DNA of 58,438 nucleotides, counting the filler, from Piptocephalis cylindrospora (taxonomy: Eukaryota), in the NCBI GenBank assembly GCA_003614145.1. It is 6 parts of 6 records of this genome, joined end to end, with 100 filler letters (N's around TTAATTAATTAA, not from the genome) between each part and the next. Parts side by side here need not be neighbours in the genome. Positions count along the whole stretch, not along the records: positions 29,402 to 39,067 come from KZ988075.1; positions 39,168 to 48,766 come from KZ988076.1; 4 more parts are not named here. One strand, 5' to 3'. Shown piece by piece: positions 32,261-43,688 of this stretch (the stretch's first letter is position 1; every line of letters starts with the position of its first letter). The position numbers and the translations under genes were made by a program. The notes below the pieces were generated by a model, which did no database searches, was not told the DNA's origin, and worked only from the letters and a program-made list of their open reading frames with translations.

Positions 32261-34594
32261 ATGGGTCGTCGAAAAATCCAAATCAAAACCATTGTCGATG
32301 AACGCAGTCGACAGGTCACCTTTCTCAAACGGAAACAAGGCTTGATGAAGAAGGCATTTGAGCTGAGTGTCCTGTGCGATTGTGAGATCGGCCTGATCAT
32401 CTTCAATTCCCAGAATAAGCTCATCCAATTCTCCAGTACGGACATGGATCGAATTCTCCTTCGGTACACCGAGTATCCAGAGCCTGATGAAGTCCGTGGC
32501 CCTACCGACTTTGCCAATGGGTATGATGACGCGGCGGATGAGACCATGGCTGGCGCAGAGGACTATCCCCCTCCTGCCCATCCCAATGGTCCCAGGGCCA
32601 TCTCGGGCAAGATTATGGGCTCCTCTGGGGCAGGAATGGGAGAGGCGGTTGCAAAGGCAACGCCTCTCTACATGACCCATCCCAACTCTTCCACCTCTGC
32701 TTCCACTCCCTCGTCCCTGGCTCTTACTCCTGCCATCCCTGCCTCTACGAACGCGCATCATCAGACCCTTCCCCCCTCCCTATCCGCCTTTACCCCTCAC
32801 CCCTCCAGCGGAGAGGCGGATCCCTCCGTCCATGCCCTCCAGTCTCATCAGCAAGGACATGCCTCTACCCAGATGACTCATCCCTTCTCCACCTCCAATA
32901 CCATGACCCAACCTGCCTATGCCCTTCCCTCGGACCATCCATCCCATCCGGATCATCCCAATGGCTCCTTTAACCCCCATCACCCTCCTCCTCCTCATCA
33001 TCATCCTCCTCCTCCCATCCCACCTTCGACCACAACCGAGTCGGTTTACGAGACCCATTCTTCTCAGGGTCTCCCCACACCCTCACAGAGTGGTCTGGGT
33101 CTTTCCGACTCCTCCCTGTCCACCTACCCCCAGGCCCATCCCATGGTCCACTCCAGGTCCTTTTCCAATCCATCCGAGGACCTCTCCGCTTCTAGGACCC
33201 TCCCACCCACCTCCAACCCCGCCTCCACCTCCTTACTCTCCCTCACTCTCCCTGGGACCAGAGGTGAGGCAGGCTTAAGAGGTGTCTCAGATGCTGTGTC
33301 CGGTTCCTCCGCCATAGCCTCCTTCTTTTCCTCCTCCTCGGATTCTAGTCCCTCCATGGCTTCCTCTCGGCTCCCAATCACCTCGGAGGCCGCGGGAATC
33401 GCCCTTTCTCCATCACCCATCCAGCCCCACTCCTCCAACCCTTCTCCGAGACTCTCCATGAAACGTCCTGCCAACCTTCGTGTTCACATCCCAGAGGTGG
33501 AAGGTGGGGTCTCCTCGGCGGATCAAGCCATATCCGCCACCTCCGCCACCTCCACCTCTTCCGCCCCCCTCAAGTCCCGTGCTCGATCTCAAGCCGCTAG
33601 CCCCGGCGCCATCCCCTCTGCCTCTTCCCCCGGCCAAAGGGGCCAAGCCACGGAGAATGGGGAATCAGAGGATCCTGGGATGATGAGCTATTCTCAAGAG
33701 GTTAAGGGGGATGCCATGATGAATTCACTAGGACCTGAATCCCACAGTGGAAGGGAGGGTCAGGATGGAGGGGACCGAAGGGGTCCCATAGCCACAAGTC
33801 TCCTCGGTGTCCCAGGACAAGGGCATGGCCGGGCCATGTCCTCCTCCTCCATCTCAGATGTTTCTGGTGTTGATCTAGGCATTCTCGGCCAACCCAAGCC
33901 CTCTCCCCTTTCCCGTCGGGGGTTTTCCTCCGATGCCGTTAGGACCGGGTATCTCTCCGGCGGTGGAGGAGGGGTCGATGCAACCAAGGATGCCTCCAAT
34001 GCTTCTCGTGAATCCTCGGATCCTTCTATCGGAACGGTTAAAATGGTTCAATTTTCAGATAAGGTCATGGGGGAGGAAGGTGACGGAGATATTCATTCGT
34101 CCTCGGTAAAGGCCTCGACCGACGTTGAAATCGACGATGGGGAAGATCAACCCGATTCTGCTTCCTCCTCCCAGGGCCCTCCCTCCATCTCCGCCCTCTC
34201 CTCCGCTAGACCCCTCAGCGGGGAGTTGGCCGATGTCGTCAGTCCACTCAACTATGCCACCCCCACCACGGCCAATAGCGCCACAGGTAGTCTGGCCTTT
34301 GCTTGGCCCGCCTCCCTAGGTCGATTGGCCCAACGGGGCTTGGAGCGGGAAAAGGAATTGGTCCGTCGACGGCTCGGCGCCCTTTCCAATGGTCCTGCCA
34401 CCTCCTCCAGCCTCACCACCCAAGTCTCCAACCATCCCCTGGCCGAGGACGGTAAGGGGAAACGACCAGCCACCGACATGGAGGAAGAGGAGGGGGAGGA
34501 GGAGGACCCTACCATTGGTCAACAGGGTACCGATTCCTCATTGAATGAAGCCTCCTCTTCCACCTCAGTCGAGGTGAAGCGGGCCAGGACCTGA
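32261..34594 (+). CDS. RLM1: MEF2-type (type II) MADS-box transcription factor, Rlm1/Smp1-like
   Basis: [48 protein letters not shown]...[14 protein letters not shown], plus the MAPK docking-like motif [11 protein letters not shown]. Confidence 0.9.
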   Translation: MGRRKIQIKTIVDERSRQVTFLKRKQGLMKKAFELSVLCDCEIGLIIFNSQNKLIQFSSTDMDRILLRYTEYPEPDEVRGPTDFANGYDDAADETMAGAEDYPPPAHPNGPRAISGKIMGSSGAGMGEAVAKATPLYMTHPNSSTSASTPSSLALTPAIPASTNAHHQTLPPSLSAFTPHPSSGEADPSVHALQSHQQGHASTQMTHPFSTSNTMTQPAYALPSDHPSHPDHPNGSFNPHHPPPPHHHPPPPIPPSTTTESVYETHSSQGLPTPSQSGLGLSDSSLSTYPQAHPMVHSRSFSNPSEDLSASRTLPPTSNPASTSLLSLTLPGTRGEAGLRGVSDAVSGSSAIASFFSSSSDSSPSMASSRLPITSEAAGIALSPSPIQPHSSNPSPRLSMKRPANLRVHIPEVEGGVSSADQAISATSATSTSSAPLKSRARSQAASPGAIPSASSPGQRGQATENGESEDPGMMSYSQEVKGDAMMNSLGPESHSGREGQDGGDRRGPIATSLLGVPGQGHGRAMSSSSISDVSGVDLGILGQPKPSPLSRRGFSSDAVRTGYLSGGGGGVDATKDASNASRESSDPSIGTVKMVQFSDKVMGEEGDGDIHSSSVKASTDVEIDDGEDQPDSASSSQGPPSISALSSARPLSGELADVVSPLNYATPTTANSATGSLAFAWPASLGRLAQRGLEREKELVRRRLGALSNGPATSSSLTTQVSNHPLAEDGKGKRPATDMEEEEGEEEDPTIGQQGTDSSLNEASSSTSVEVKRART

Positions 34595-35411
34595 GCTCAC
34601 GTATCAATCTGTGGATGTGGATGTGTTGTTGTAATACTATGAATCAATGCTTCTTTCTTCTCTCTGAGCCGTTTTATTTCTCTCGAGTGAAGTAGATTAA
34701 AGGGTTTTATGACCATTGCCTAACGGTAGCAACGAGCCGATCATCCCACCAAGGGCACTAACGCGAGGCAGGGTGGTGAATTTTGAGACGCCTTTAGAAG
34801 AGTCGGTCAGCCATAGATCATGAAAACATGTGAGTCGGGAGAGGAGACTGACTGATGAGAAAGGACAGGGCCATGGTAAAATCGTAGATGGCAATGAGGG
34901 GGTGTCGATGAGCAAAGCAAGAGCGGATCCGATGGACACAACAAGTCGAGTACATCCATACCCTTGCACGCATCTTTGATTAGCTCGGCACGGCTCACCA
35001 TCCCTTTATTCAGCAATGTGTGATTTTGAGCACGGTCGGGAGGACCAGATGGCAGGCCAAGCTTGGAATCCAATGAGATGAAAATGATGAAAAGCGTCCT
35101 GTTAATAACGACCTATAATGATCTTTTTTTTAATAGAAGCATATACCTTTCAAGTCCGCTAGAGGAGCAAGCACTCTCAATAAAGCGTACCAGCAAACCC
35201 TCCGCCCACAAGGGCCAGGCCTTGGCCGGCCTTGGGGTTGTTGTTGGAGTGCCAACAGTTAAACTCTATTGAGTCTGCATGTCCACACCATATCAAGGAA
35301 ATATCCTCAAGGGAATTCCGTAGACTCCGATCGATCATCTTGGACCACCAAGCCCCTACAAATTCATCTTGACCAGTCCGCCCTAGAGGCTTTTGTGCTT
35401 GAACAAGCAGC

Positions 35412-35798
35412 ATGTCACTGCGGACTCATGCAGGAAAATCCGAGAAGAATCAGCTAACGGGGCTTCCATCCGAGATACTTGCCCGGATCATCCAAAAAGT
35501 ACATCTCACTGCCCCTCAATTGCTTTCGCAAATCTGTACTTACTTATATGGCTATCTGAATCAGCCTGAGATGTGGAGACGCCTGTTCCGTGTCTGGTGT
35601 GGACACGATCCCATTATTTGGGGGCGCAAGGGTCTCGCTCAAGGGACAAGAGAGACGTGTTGGATGGTCCATGCACTTCGGGAAGTGTACTTTACCAAAA
35701 GAAGGCTTTGGCGAGGGGAACCAGGGATGGAGGTGGGCGAGATGCCCGAGAGAGACAAAGGTACTTGGATCCGACGGATTCGCAAGGGGGGCACTTGA
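35412..35798 (+). CDS. Possible F-box protein; downstream exon structure or frameshift unresolved
   Basis: LTGLPSEILARII...LSQICTYLY..L.....WRRL is an F-box-like pattern. The ORF stops early, with further short ORFs up to about 36300. Confidence 0.45.
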   Translation: MSLRTHAGKSEKNQLTGLPSEILARIIQKVHLTAPQLLSQICTYLYGYLNQPEMWRRLFRVWCGHDPIIWGRKGLAQGTRETCWMVHALREVYFTKRRLWRGEPGMEVGEMPERDKGTWIRRIRKGGT

Positions 35799-36983
35799 GT
35801 CAAGTCGTTGGTGTATGCCACCCATGTTCATCCCTTTCTCTAGTCCCATGGAGTCCCTGTCGGCGCTTACCGGGCACGATGGAAGCTTGAGCTCGAGACG
35901 TCCAATTCCAATCTGAATCATCTTCTCTTTAGCGTTGCCATGACTCATGGGACTGGTGGGGCTTATGTCGCGGAGAAGGCTGGAGCGACTGATATCCTCG
36001 GACGCAGTCGAGATGAACAGATCAATCCTCATTTAGAAGAACCGAGGGAATGTCTTATCCGCACCCACACCCCACAATGCGCATACATCCTCCGTGAGAC
36101 CCTATGGAGAGATGGTGATACAGGACACGAATGGTACGACATTGGCAACCGGCCATGGCACACTCATACCCTTACACTCATTATTCTCGTGATCCGACTA
36201 TATCAAACGGTCCATGTGGACATGGTGGGCCAAGTGGATCGGGGCAAGCAGGGTCTGGTACGTTCACGTTGGGTGTCTCGGGCTAGCATGTTCTCTGTAT
36301 GACTTACCCTTGCTACCTAGGTGGTGGGACCTTGTGAGTTGGCCCCAATCCCTGGACCGGCTCCTCCGGTAAGAGATCTCGTCCCTTATAAAATGTCTTT
36401 TCGACAAAGGTATCGACCAGTGTAAGCAACTAGGAGGCGGTGTGGGTGATCGGGCCTATTGCGAATGTACATTGCGTGGCGCCCAATGAGAAAAGAAGGG
36501 TGGATGTATCCTAAATAGATGTGAAGATGATCCGAACATGGCTGGATACGCGTAGATCAAGACCTTATGCCTTGTGTACACAATCTTCAAGGCGGGATGG
36601 GGAAGGGGGGGACGCATCCGCCCATCAACAAGAGATGGGCCCACACCAATGGGCCTTCCCCCCCCTCCCTCCATCCTCTCCTTTCCTTTATCCCTTCTCC
36701 CCGCCTCTATTTAATGTGCCCGCCATGACCATCCAGCAGCTCATCCTACTTTCCCTTCACATCTTAGCTCTTCATCACAGCGCATCTGAATCAACAACTA
36801 CGCTTTTCATTCATTCCTTACTGGTCTCCCACTCCTCTCTCTCCCACCCACACACTCACTCTTTTCTCCATCTGGGATGAGTGAGGGGGAAGAGGCTTGG
36901 ATCAAACACCAAAGCACGCCCTGTCACCTTGAAACCACATTGGTTGCACCAGTCCACCAGAGTCTAAGAGGGGAGGGAGGGGC

Positions 36984-38838
36984 TTAGACAAAGGTCTTGA
37001 CAAAGTCGCCAAGGATGGTACGGAGCTTCTTGTCGAGCTCGGGGGAGATCTTGCCGGCGGTCTTGATCTCATCCAGGACCTCGGGGTAGGAGGAGGCGAG
37101 GTGGGGGAGGAAGGCGGCCTCGAACTCGACGACGCGCTTGACGTCGATCTTATCGAGGAAACCGTTGACACCAGCGAAGATGATGGCGACCTGACGCTCG
37201 ACGGAGAGGGGCTTGTACTGAGCCTGCTTGAGGAGCTCGGTGAGACGGGCACCACGGGACAGGAGATGCTGGGTGGAGGCATCGAGATCGGAGCCGAACT
37301 GGGCAAAGGCAGCGACCTCACGGTATTGGGCAAGGAAGAGCTTGAGGGAACCGGCGACCTGCTTCATGGCCTTGGTCTGGGCAGCGGAACCGACACGGGA
37401 GACGGAGATACCGACGTTGATGGCGGGACGGATACCCTGGAAGAAGAGCTCGGCCTCGAGGAAGATCTGACCGTCAGTGATGGAAATGACGTTGGTGGGG
37501 ATGTAAGCGGAGACATCACCACCCTGGGTCTCGATGACGGGGAGGGCGGTGAGGGAGCCGGACTTGAAGGACTTGCTCATCTTGGCGGCACGCTCGAGGA
37601 GACGGGAGTGAAGGTAGAAGACATCACCGGGGTAGGCCTCACGGCCGGGGGGACGACGGAGAAGGAGGGACATCTGACGGTAGGCGACGGCCTGCTTGGA
37701 GAGATCATCGTAGACCATCAGACCGTGCTTACCGTTGTCACGGAAGTACTCGCCCATGGCGCAGGCGGAGTAGGGGGCGAGGTACTGGAGGGGAGCGGCC
37801 TCGGAGGCGGTGGCAGCGACGATGATGGAGTACTTGAGGGCGTCGTTCTCCTCGAGGGTCTGGACGAACTGGGCGACGGTGGAACGCTTCTGGCCGATGG
37901 CGACGTAGACACAGTAGAGCTTCTTGGACTCGTCGGAGCCCTGGTTCCACTGCTTCTGGTTGAGGATGGTGTCGAGGGCAAGGGAGGTCTTACCGGTCTG
38001 ACGATCACCGATGATCAACTCACGCTGACCACGACCGATGGGGAGCATAGAGTCGACGGACTTGATACCGGTCTGCATAGGCTCGTGGACGGACTGACGG
38101 GGGATAATACCGGGGGCCTTGGCCTGGGCACGCTGACGGACGGCGTTCTTGATGGGACCCTTACCATCGATGGGGTTACCGAGGGCATCGACGACACGGC
38201 CAAGGAGACCTTCACCGGTGGGGACATCGACGATGGAGCCGGTACGACGGACGGTGTCGCCCTCCTTGATGAGACGATCGTTACCGAAGATGACGATACC
38301 GACATTGTCGGCCTCGAGGTTCAGGGCCATACCCTGGATACCGGAGGAGAACTCGACCATCTCCTCGGCCTGGACGTTCTTGAGGCCGTAAACACGGGCA
38401 ATACCGTCTCCGACGGAGAGGACGCGTCCGGTCTCGTGGACGTCGCTGGAGCCAGCGACGTTGAGGATACGCTCCTCGAGGATGGAGGAGACCTCGGCGG
38501 TGCCAGGCTTGGAGGCGGCGCGCAGGATGCTCTGGGAGAAGAGGCGGGAGGCGGCGGGGGCGGCAGTGCGAGCCTAGAGGGTTGAGGAGGTGGGGAAGGC
38601 GGAGAGGGTGGTTGGTTAGAGAGGATTCGTGGGTAGTTCCCATGACCTCCCTTCTTCCCCCCCCCCCCTTCTCCTTCTCTTCCGTTGAGATGAGGCCATG
38701 GTGGAGATGCCATATAGCTACTTTCTCGGAAAAAGAGAGGAGAGGGGGGAAAGGGACAGGGGGGGAACTTACGGCGTTAGCGGCAAGGGCCGGGGTGATG
38801 GGGCGCCGGACGGCGAGACGAGCGGCGTTACGAAGCAT
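36984..38838 (-). CDS. ATP1: Mitochondrial F1-ATP synthase alpha subunit, nuclear-encoded (intron 38772-38574)
   Basis: Arg-rich presequence, [11 protein letters not shown]-loop GDRQTGKT and [23 protein letters not shown], with strong codon bias. Confidence 0.98.
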
Positions 38839-39025
38839 CTTGACCCAGAAAAGACAGAAAAGTAGTTGGAAGAAGGGAGGAAGAAGGGGGAGGGAAGGAG
38901 GAAAGAGAGACTGGGGCGAGAGCTGGGTGGGGAGGTGGCGGTGGTGGAGGGGAAAAGGGAAGGGAAAAGACGGGTGCGAGTGCGAGTGTGTGTATGTTAG
39001 TATATGTGTGTATGTGTGTGTGTGT

Positions 39026-39062
<37 letters not shown>

Positions 39063-39167
39063 CTGGANNNNNNNNNNNNNNNNNNNNNNNNNNNNNNNNN
39101 NNNNNNNNNNNTTAATTAATTAANNNNNNNNNNNNNNNNNNNNNNNNNNNNNNNNNNNNNNNNNNNN

Positions 39168-39551
39168 CTAGTCAAGCGGGAAGAGGAGGAGGAGGAGGAG
39201 CGTCTAGTCAAGCGGGAAGAGGAGGAGGAGGAGGAGCGTCTAGTCAAGCGGGAGGAGGAGGAGGAGGAGGAGCGTCTAGTCAAGCGGGAAGAGGAGGAGG
39301 AGGAGCGCCTGGTCAGGCGAGATGGGTATGATGGAGAAGAGGAGGAGGAAGGGGAGGAGTACTTGCTTAAGCGAGATGAAAATTCCGTGGCCCGTCAGGA
39401 GGCCATTGCTGCCGAGACCCAAAGGCGATTTGCCGCTGCTGGTAATGACCCTGTTGCCCAAGCTGAGGCCATAAAATTTGCTACCGATAGCACCGCTCGC
39501 GATAACGAAGGATCTACCGCTGGTCACCCAATTGTCCGTGCTGCCGCCTAA
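39168..39551 (+). CDS. C-terminal part of a Kex2-site repeat precursor: (LVKR-E6/7-R)n plus a unique tail; 5' end truncated
   Basis: The 36-nt unit CTAGTCAAGCGG(GAR)7CGT occurs three times, followed by a variant, then LVRR-DGYDGEEEEEGEEY-LLKR and a 58-aa tail to TAA at 39551. Confidence 0.7.
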   Translation, partial: LVKREEEEEEERLVKREEEEEEERLVKREEEEEEERLVKREEEEEERLVRRDGYDGEEEEEGEEYLLKRDENSVARQEAIAAETQRRFAAAGNDPVAQAEAIKFATDSTARDNEGSTAGHPIVRAAA

Positions 39552-40911
39552 AGGTACATCATTTTCTGATTCCCCATGCAGAGCCATTCTGCCCCCTCCT
39601 CCCTGAGTTGATCGGGCAAGGGATTAAGAGGGGGTTCTTCGTGAATACAATCCGATTTCCACTCATCAGCTTGCCTTGTGTATGTTTGGGTGAGAGTAAC
39701 CCTACAAAGGAAAGGGGCAATTAGCATCTTGATTGGATAATTGATCCACTAAGTGGCTACACAAAGATGAGCCATATGCCAAGGAGATCAGTGGTATGAA
39801 TCTGGTCGTCTCACTCAGACTCTTTAGCATTGGCATTAGATGGGCAAGGAGGATGCCTTCTCATCCACTAGAAGCATTGTGTTCTTGACGCAACGACTCT
39901 CTTCTCCTCGGGGATTAGACCGATGGTGGTGGTACACGATGAAGACTGCTTGGCGTGGCAACTCCGTGGTAAAAGGCTATTCATAGGTTACATACTCCGC
40001 ACTCCGAAATCACCTGACTGAGAATAGGGTTCCATCCTTCATTGGTCTATCTATCCCTCGGGATATCTATAGAAGTGCCCTAGACCAGTTATGGGCCCAA
40101 CGTGTCCTCCTCTCCTTCAAAGACGAGAGGGAGGAGACATGAGGTTTCTTCCTCTCTCTCTCTCTCCTCCCCCCCTTCCCCCTAGTCTCGTGCAGATATC
40201 TTGGTTCCCATAGCACTACGACCATCTGCCTCTTCCCCGGGGAGAGCGATACTCTCTTCATGTCCCAATCATCTCATAAAATTAGACCAGGTGAATGTGA
40301 GTGAATGTGAAATGGCTAGAGGGAGTCACCGCCCCCATCCCTTGTTTAGGATCTTGCAGCGAGGATGGTCAAACAGTGTCAGTTTCCATCTTTACATACT
40401 ATATGGGGTATAATCCAGGGGTTTCTAGGGTGTGGTTATTTTGATTCCCTGACCCATCCACCAGGGTAGGAGGTCTATCTTCTATTCGAGTGTTCACACC
40501 TATGCGGTATAGGTCATGAGGAGAAGGATGCGACGCGCATGTGTATGTATCTTGAGTGAGCAGCGCGCATCATCTGCTATTTGACTCTGACATCCTCCTC
40601 GACCCACTCCACTCCGCTATCCACTCCGCCATCATTTCACATTGAACGCCATACACTACGGGTATTACAACACGTCATCCATGCCAAGCGGACCTGTCGC
40701 CTCAATGAACAATGGCCAGTCGACGCGTCCTCATCCTCTCAGGCTTTTAGGATCTAGCCTATCCTCTCATCTATAAAAGGACACCATCATCGCCCTTTTA
40801 GCAATCTCTCCCATATCCTGCTTTCATCTCATCACTCCTCTTCCCTCACTTTCTGTATCCATCCACATCTCTTCACCTTTCCCTCAAACCACCCTTCATT
40901 CCCTATCAACC

Positions 40912-42306
40912 ATGACTCAATTTGCCCCCACCAACGCTCCTCAGGATACCGTTTCCAACACCAAGCAGCAGCAGCAAGGCCAAGGGGTTCAACAGCAAGG
41001 CCAGGGTGTCTCTGGAAGGCAGCAGAGTTATTCCTCCGAGAGCAGCTACTCTTCCCAGCAAGATAGTTACTCTGTAACTCAGGGAGGCCAGACCAAGGGA
41101 TACTCTACCTCCACCTCCACTGCCTCTGGACATGAGGGATACAACCAGCAGGGCTCCCAGCAGGGATACAACCAGCAGGGCTCCCAGCAGGGATACAATC
41201 AGCAAGGAGCTCAGCAGGGTTACGGCCAGCAAGGATCCCAGCAGGGAGCTCAGCAGGGTTACGGCCAGCAAGGCTACAGCCAGCAAGGATCCCAGCAGGG
41301 GTATAACCAGCAAAATAACCAGAGTTCCTCCTCTCATGGCCAAACTGGAACTTCCTCCTGGTCCTCTGAGGACAAAGGAGCCAAGACCGAGGACCATAAG
41401 GGTATGAAGATTGCTGCTGGTGTCGGTGCTGGTCTCGTCGGCGTAGGTGCTGCCTTCCTCGGCAAGAAGTTCGTCGATAGTAGGATGGATAAGCATGACC
41501 ATGAGGTCGAGGAAAAGTACGCCCAGGAGCACTCAAACCAGACCGGTCAATCCCAGGGATATCACCAATCCCAGGGTACCGTTGGAGGGGTCCAGGAGCA
41601 CCATTCTCAGGGTAGCGTCGGGGGCGTCCAGCAGCATCATCCTCAGGGGACCGTCGGTGGGACCCAGCGTCAATGCAGCGGAGATGGAGATCAGATCCCC
41701 GCCACTTCCTACTTCTCCAAGGGATCCACCCCCCATGAGTATCCTCTCCTCAATGGGAATGGCGATGGGGAAACCATCAAGGCTGGGTCCCGTATCGCCA
41801 TCAAGCACAACATGACCGGTCGATACCTCCATTTCTCCTGCGGAGAAGTTCAGGCTGGGGCTTCGGGTCAGGAGCTCGCCGTGGCCGGTCCATGGTCCGC
41901 TGAGACCAACGATTTCTGGCAGCTCTTCCCCGCTCAGGGAGATGCCCCTCCCCCCGGGACGCCCGTCCGCTACGGTCAGATCTTCCGTCTCCGTCACGTC
42001 AGTACCGGTCGGTACCTTCATTCCCATTCCGGGGTCAAGAGCCCAGCCTCGGGTCAGCAGGAGGTTACCGTGTGGGATGGCAATGATGAGAACGATCAGT
42101 GGGTTGTACGTCGGTGGAACGAGTACAACAACGAGGGATCCCAGACTGGGGAATGGCAGTCCGGCCACTCCTTCAGCCTTCAGCATCTTCGCACCGGTGC
42201 CTATCTCCATTCCCATGACGCTAGCGTCGGGAACTTTAACGAGATCACCGGTTTCTCCGGCGATACTGAGGATGAGAACTCTCGCTGGGTCGTCCACTTT
42301 AGCTAA
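40912..42306 (+). CDS. Protein with Q/G/S/Y low-complexity N-terminus, glycine-zipper segment and C-terminal MIR (beta-trefoil) domain
   Basis: (GYNQQGSQQ)n repeats, then IAAGVGAGLVGVGAAFLGKK, then three MIR motifs (IKHNMTGRYLH, FRLRHVSTGRYLHSH, LQHLRTGAYLHSH). TATAAAA lies at 40772. Confidence 0.88.
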   Translation: MTQFAPTNAPQDTVSNTKQQQQGQGVQQQGQGVSGRQQSYSSESSYSSQQDSYSVTQGGQTKGYSTSTSTASGHEGYNQQGSQQGYNQQGSQQGYNQQGAQQGYGQQGSQQGAQQGYGQQGYSQQGSQQGYNQQNNQSSSSHGQTGTSSWSSEDKGAKTEDHKGMKIAAGVGAGLVGVGAAFLGKKFVDSRMDKHDHEVEEKYAQEHSNQTGQSQGYHQSQGTVGGVQEHHSQGSVGGVQQHHPQGTVGGTQRQCSGDGDQIPATSYFSKGSTPHEYPLLNGNGDGETIKAGSRIAIKHNMTGRYLHFSCGEVQAGASGQELAVAGPWSAETNDFWQLFPAQGDAPPPGTPVRYGQIFRLRHVSTGRYLHSHSGVKSPASGQQEVTVWDGNDENDQWVVRRWNEYNNEGSQTGEWQSGHSFSLQHLRTGAYLHSHDASVGNFNEITGFSGDTEDENSRWVVHFS

Positions 42307-43688
42307 GATGACAGTCTTTACAATGTAGTAGGAGGAGGGTAAAGGGGGATTATCTTTTTCCTCCTAAAGGTGTGCGAGATGACAATGGAGCTTGATTTGC
42401 AATCGTGTTATATGGATAAATCGCATTGTTATTTCAAGGCGAGGGGATCCGCTCTTCCTCCATTCAGTCATTCCAGGATAGGGAAATGGTGTTCTTGCGC
42501 ATACTAGGTGATGAGTTCACTCCTCATCAAAACATCTCTCCCGTACTCACTCGTCCATCTATGCTCCGCTTAACGAAGGAGGGCTGCCATATCATCACAT
42601 CCTTTTCTTACTAAACCATCCATTCCGGTCCCGATGCCACACGCGTTCCGTCATCTCGCCTCTCACTGACACACGCTTCCCATTCCATCTGCCTCTACTA
42701 TGGAGAATGTGTGTGTGTGTGTGTGTGTGTGTTATGCGTGTGTACGTGTACAGGTATGTGTACGTATGCGTGTGTGTGTATTTTCATAGGCGCATCCATT
42801 CGCCTCAGCTGGGGGAGATTGTTGCATTATTAGGGAAGGTTACGGGTACATTCTCTCGTTTCACCGGTTGAAAGAAGTATTACTGATTATACGGTACTCC
42901 ACAGCATCTTGATCTACTTGTTTCCCTTGCCATGCAAAGGGACTCTTTATCTCCTTTAGGCCTCAAATAAACGAGCTATCTACCAGGGAAGAATCTATCG
43001 ATAGCAGCGCATTGACCTTATCCATGATCTTCCCTACCCCTGCATATACAACCTACAGACTACCCCCGTCATGGACCCAGCCAATATTCTTCCCTATGTA
43101 TCCTCTATCGTCCTCCTCCCCAAGTCAATGCAGATTGCTCATCGGGTTTCCTTACTTGTTAAAAGTTCATCCATCAAGAATGAAGTGTCTTATTCCTTAA
43201 ACTGACTACCTGTGTGCTGGCTGGCCCAGTGTGTGGGCGCGTGTGTGGGGAGGAGGAAGGAAGATTGGGCTCACACAAACGGCCAGTATTAGCCCAGCCT
43301 TTTCCCCTCTCTCAGACACCGCCGCCACCACCACCGCCTAAACAAGGTGGATGAAGCGCCGCCATTGTCGAGGAGACAAAAGGCGGATGATGTGAAGGGG
43401 TGGGAGGAGGAGCTCTTCCTCCTTTTCTCCCTTCCCTCCTCCCCCTCTCTCCTATTCCCTCTTAGTACTCTTGACCGCTCCCTTCAGGCTTCGTCCTTAA
43501 CCCTAAAAGGTTTATACAAACCCACTTTTCGGTTTGATCTTTCACCTCAACCCACCAGCCAAGTATGTACATTTGACCATGCTGATTCTGCTCGAGAACA
43601 CTTTAACTCATCCCTCTTGATCTTACATGTAGTCCTCACCCAAGGTTCCTCTTGATACCATTCAAGCCATCTGATCAGGGATCTCACT

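Noticed and set aside
37101..38585. 494-aa antisense ORF over ATP1 (likewise 15241-16290 over SER3, 25920-27005 and 41533-42297)
   Set aside because: These are shadow ORFs produced by strong C/G-ending codon bias of the sense gene.
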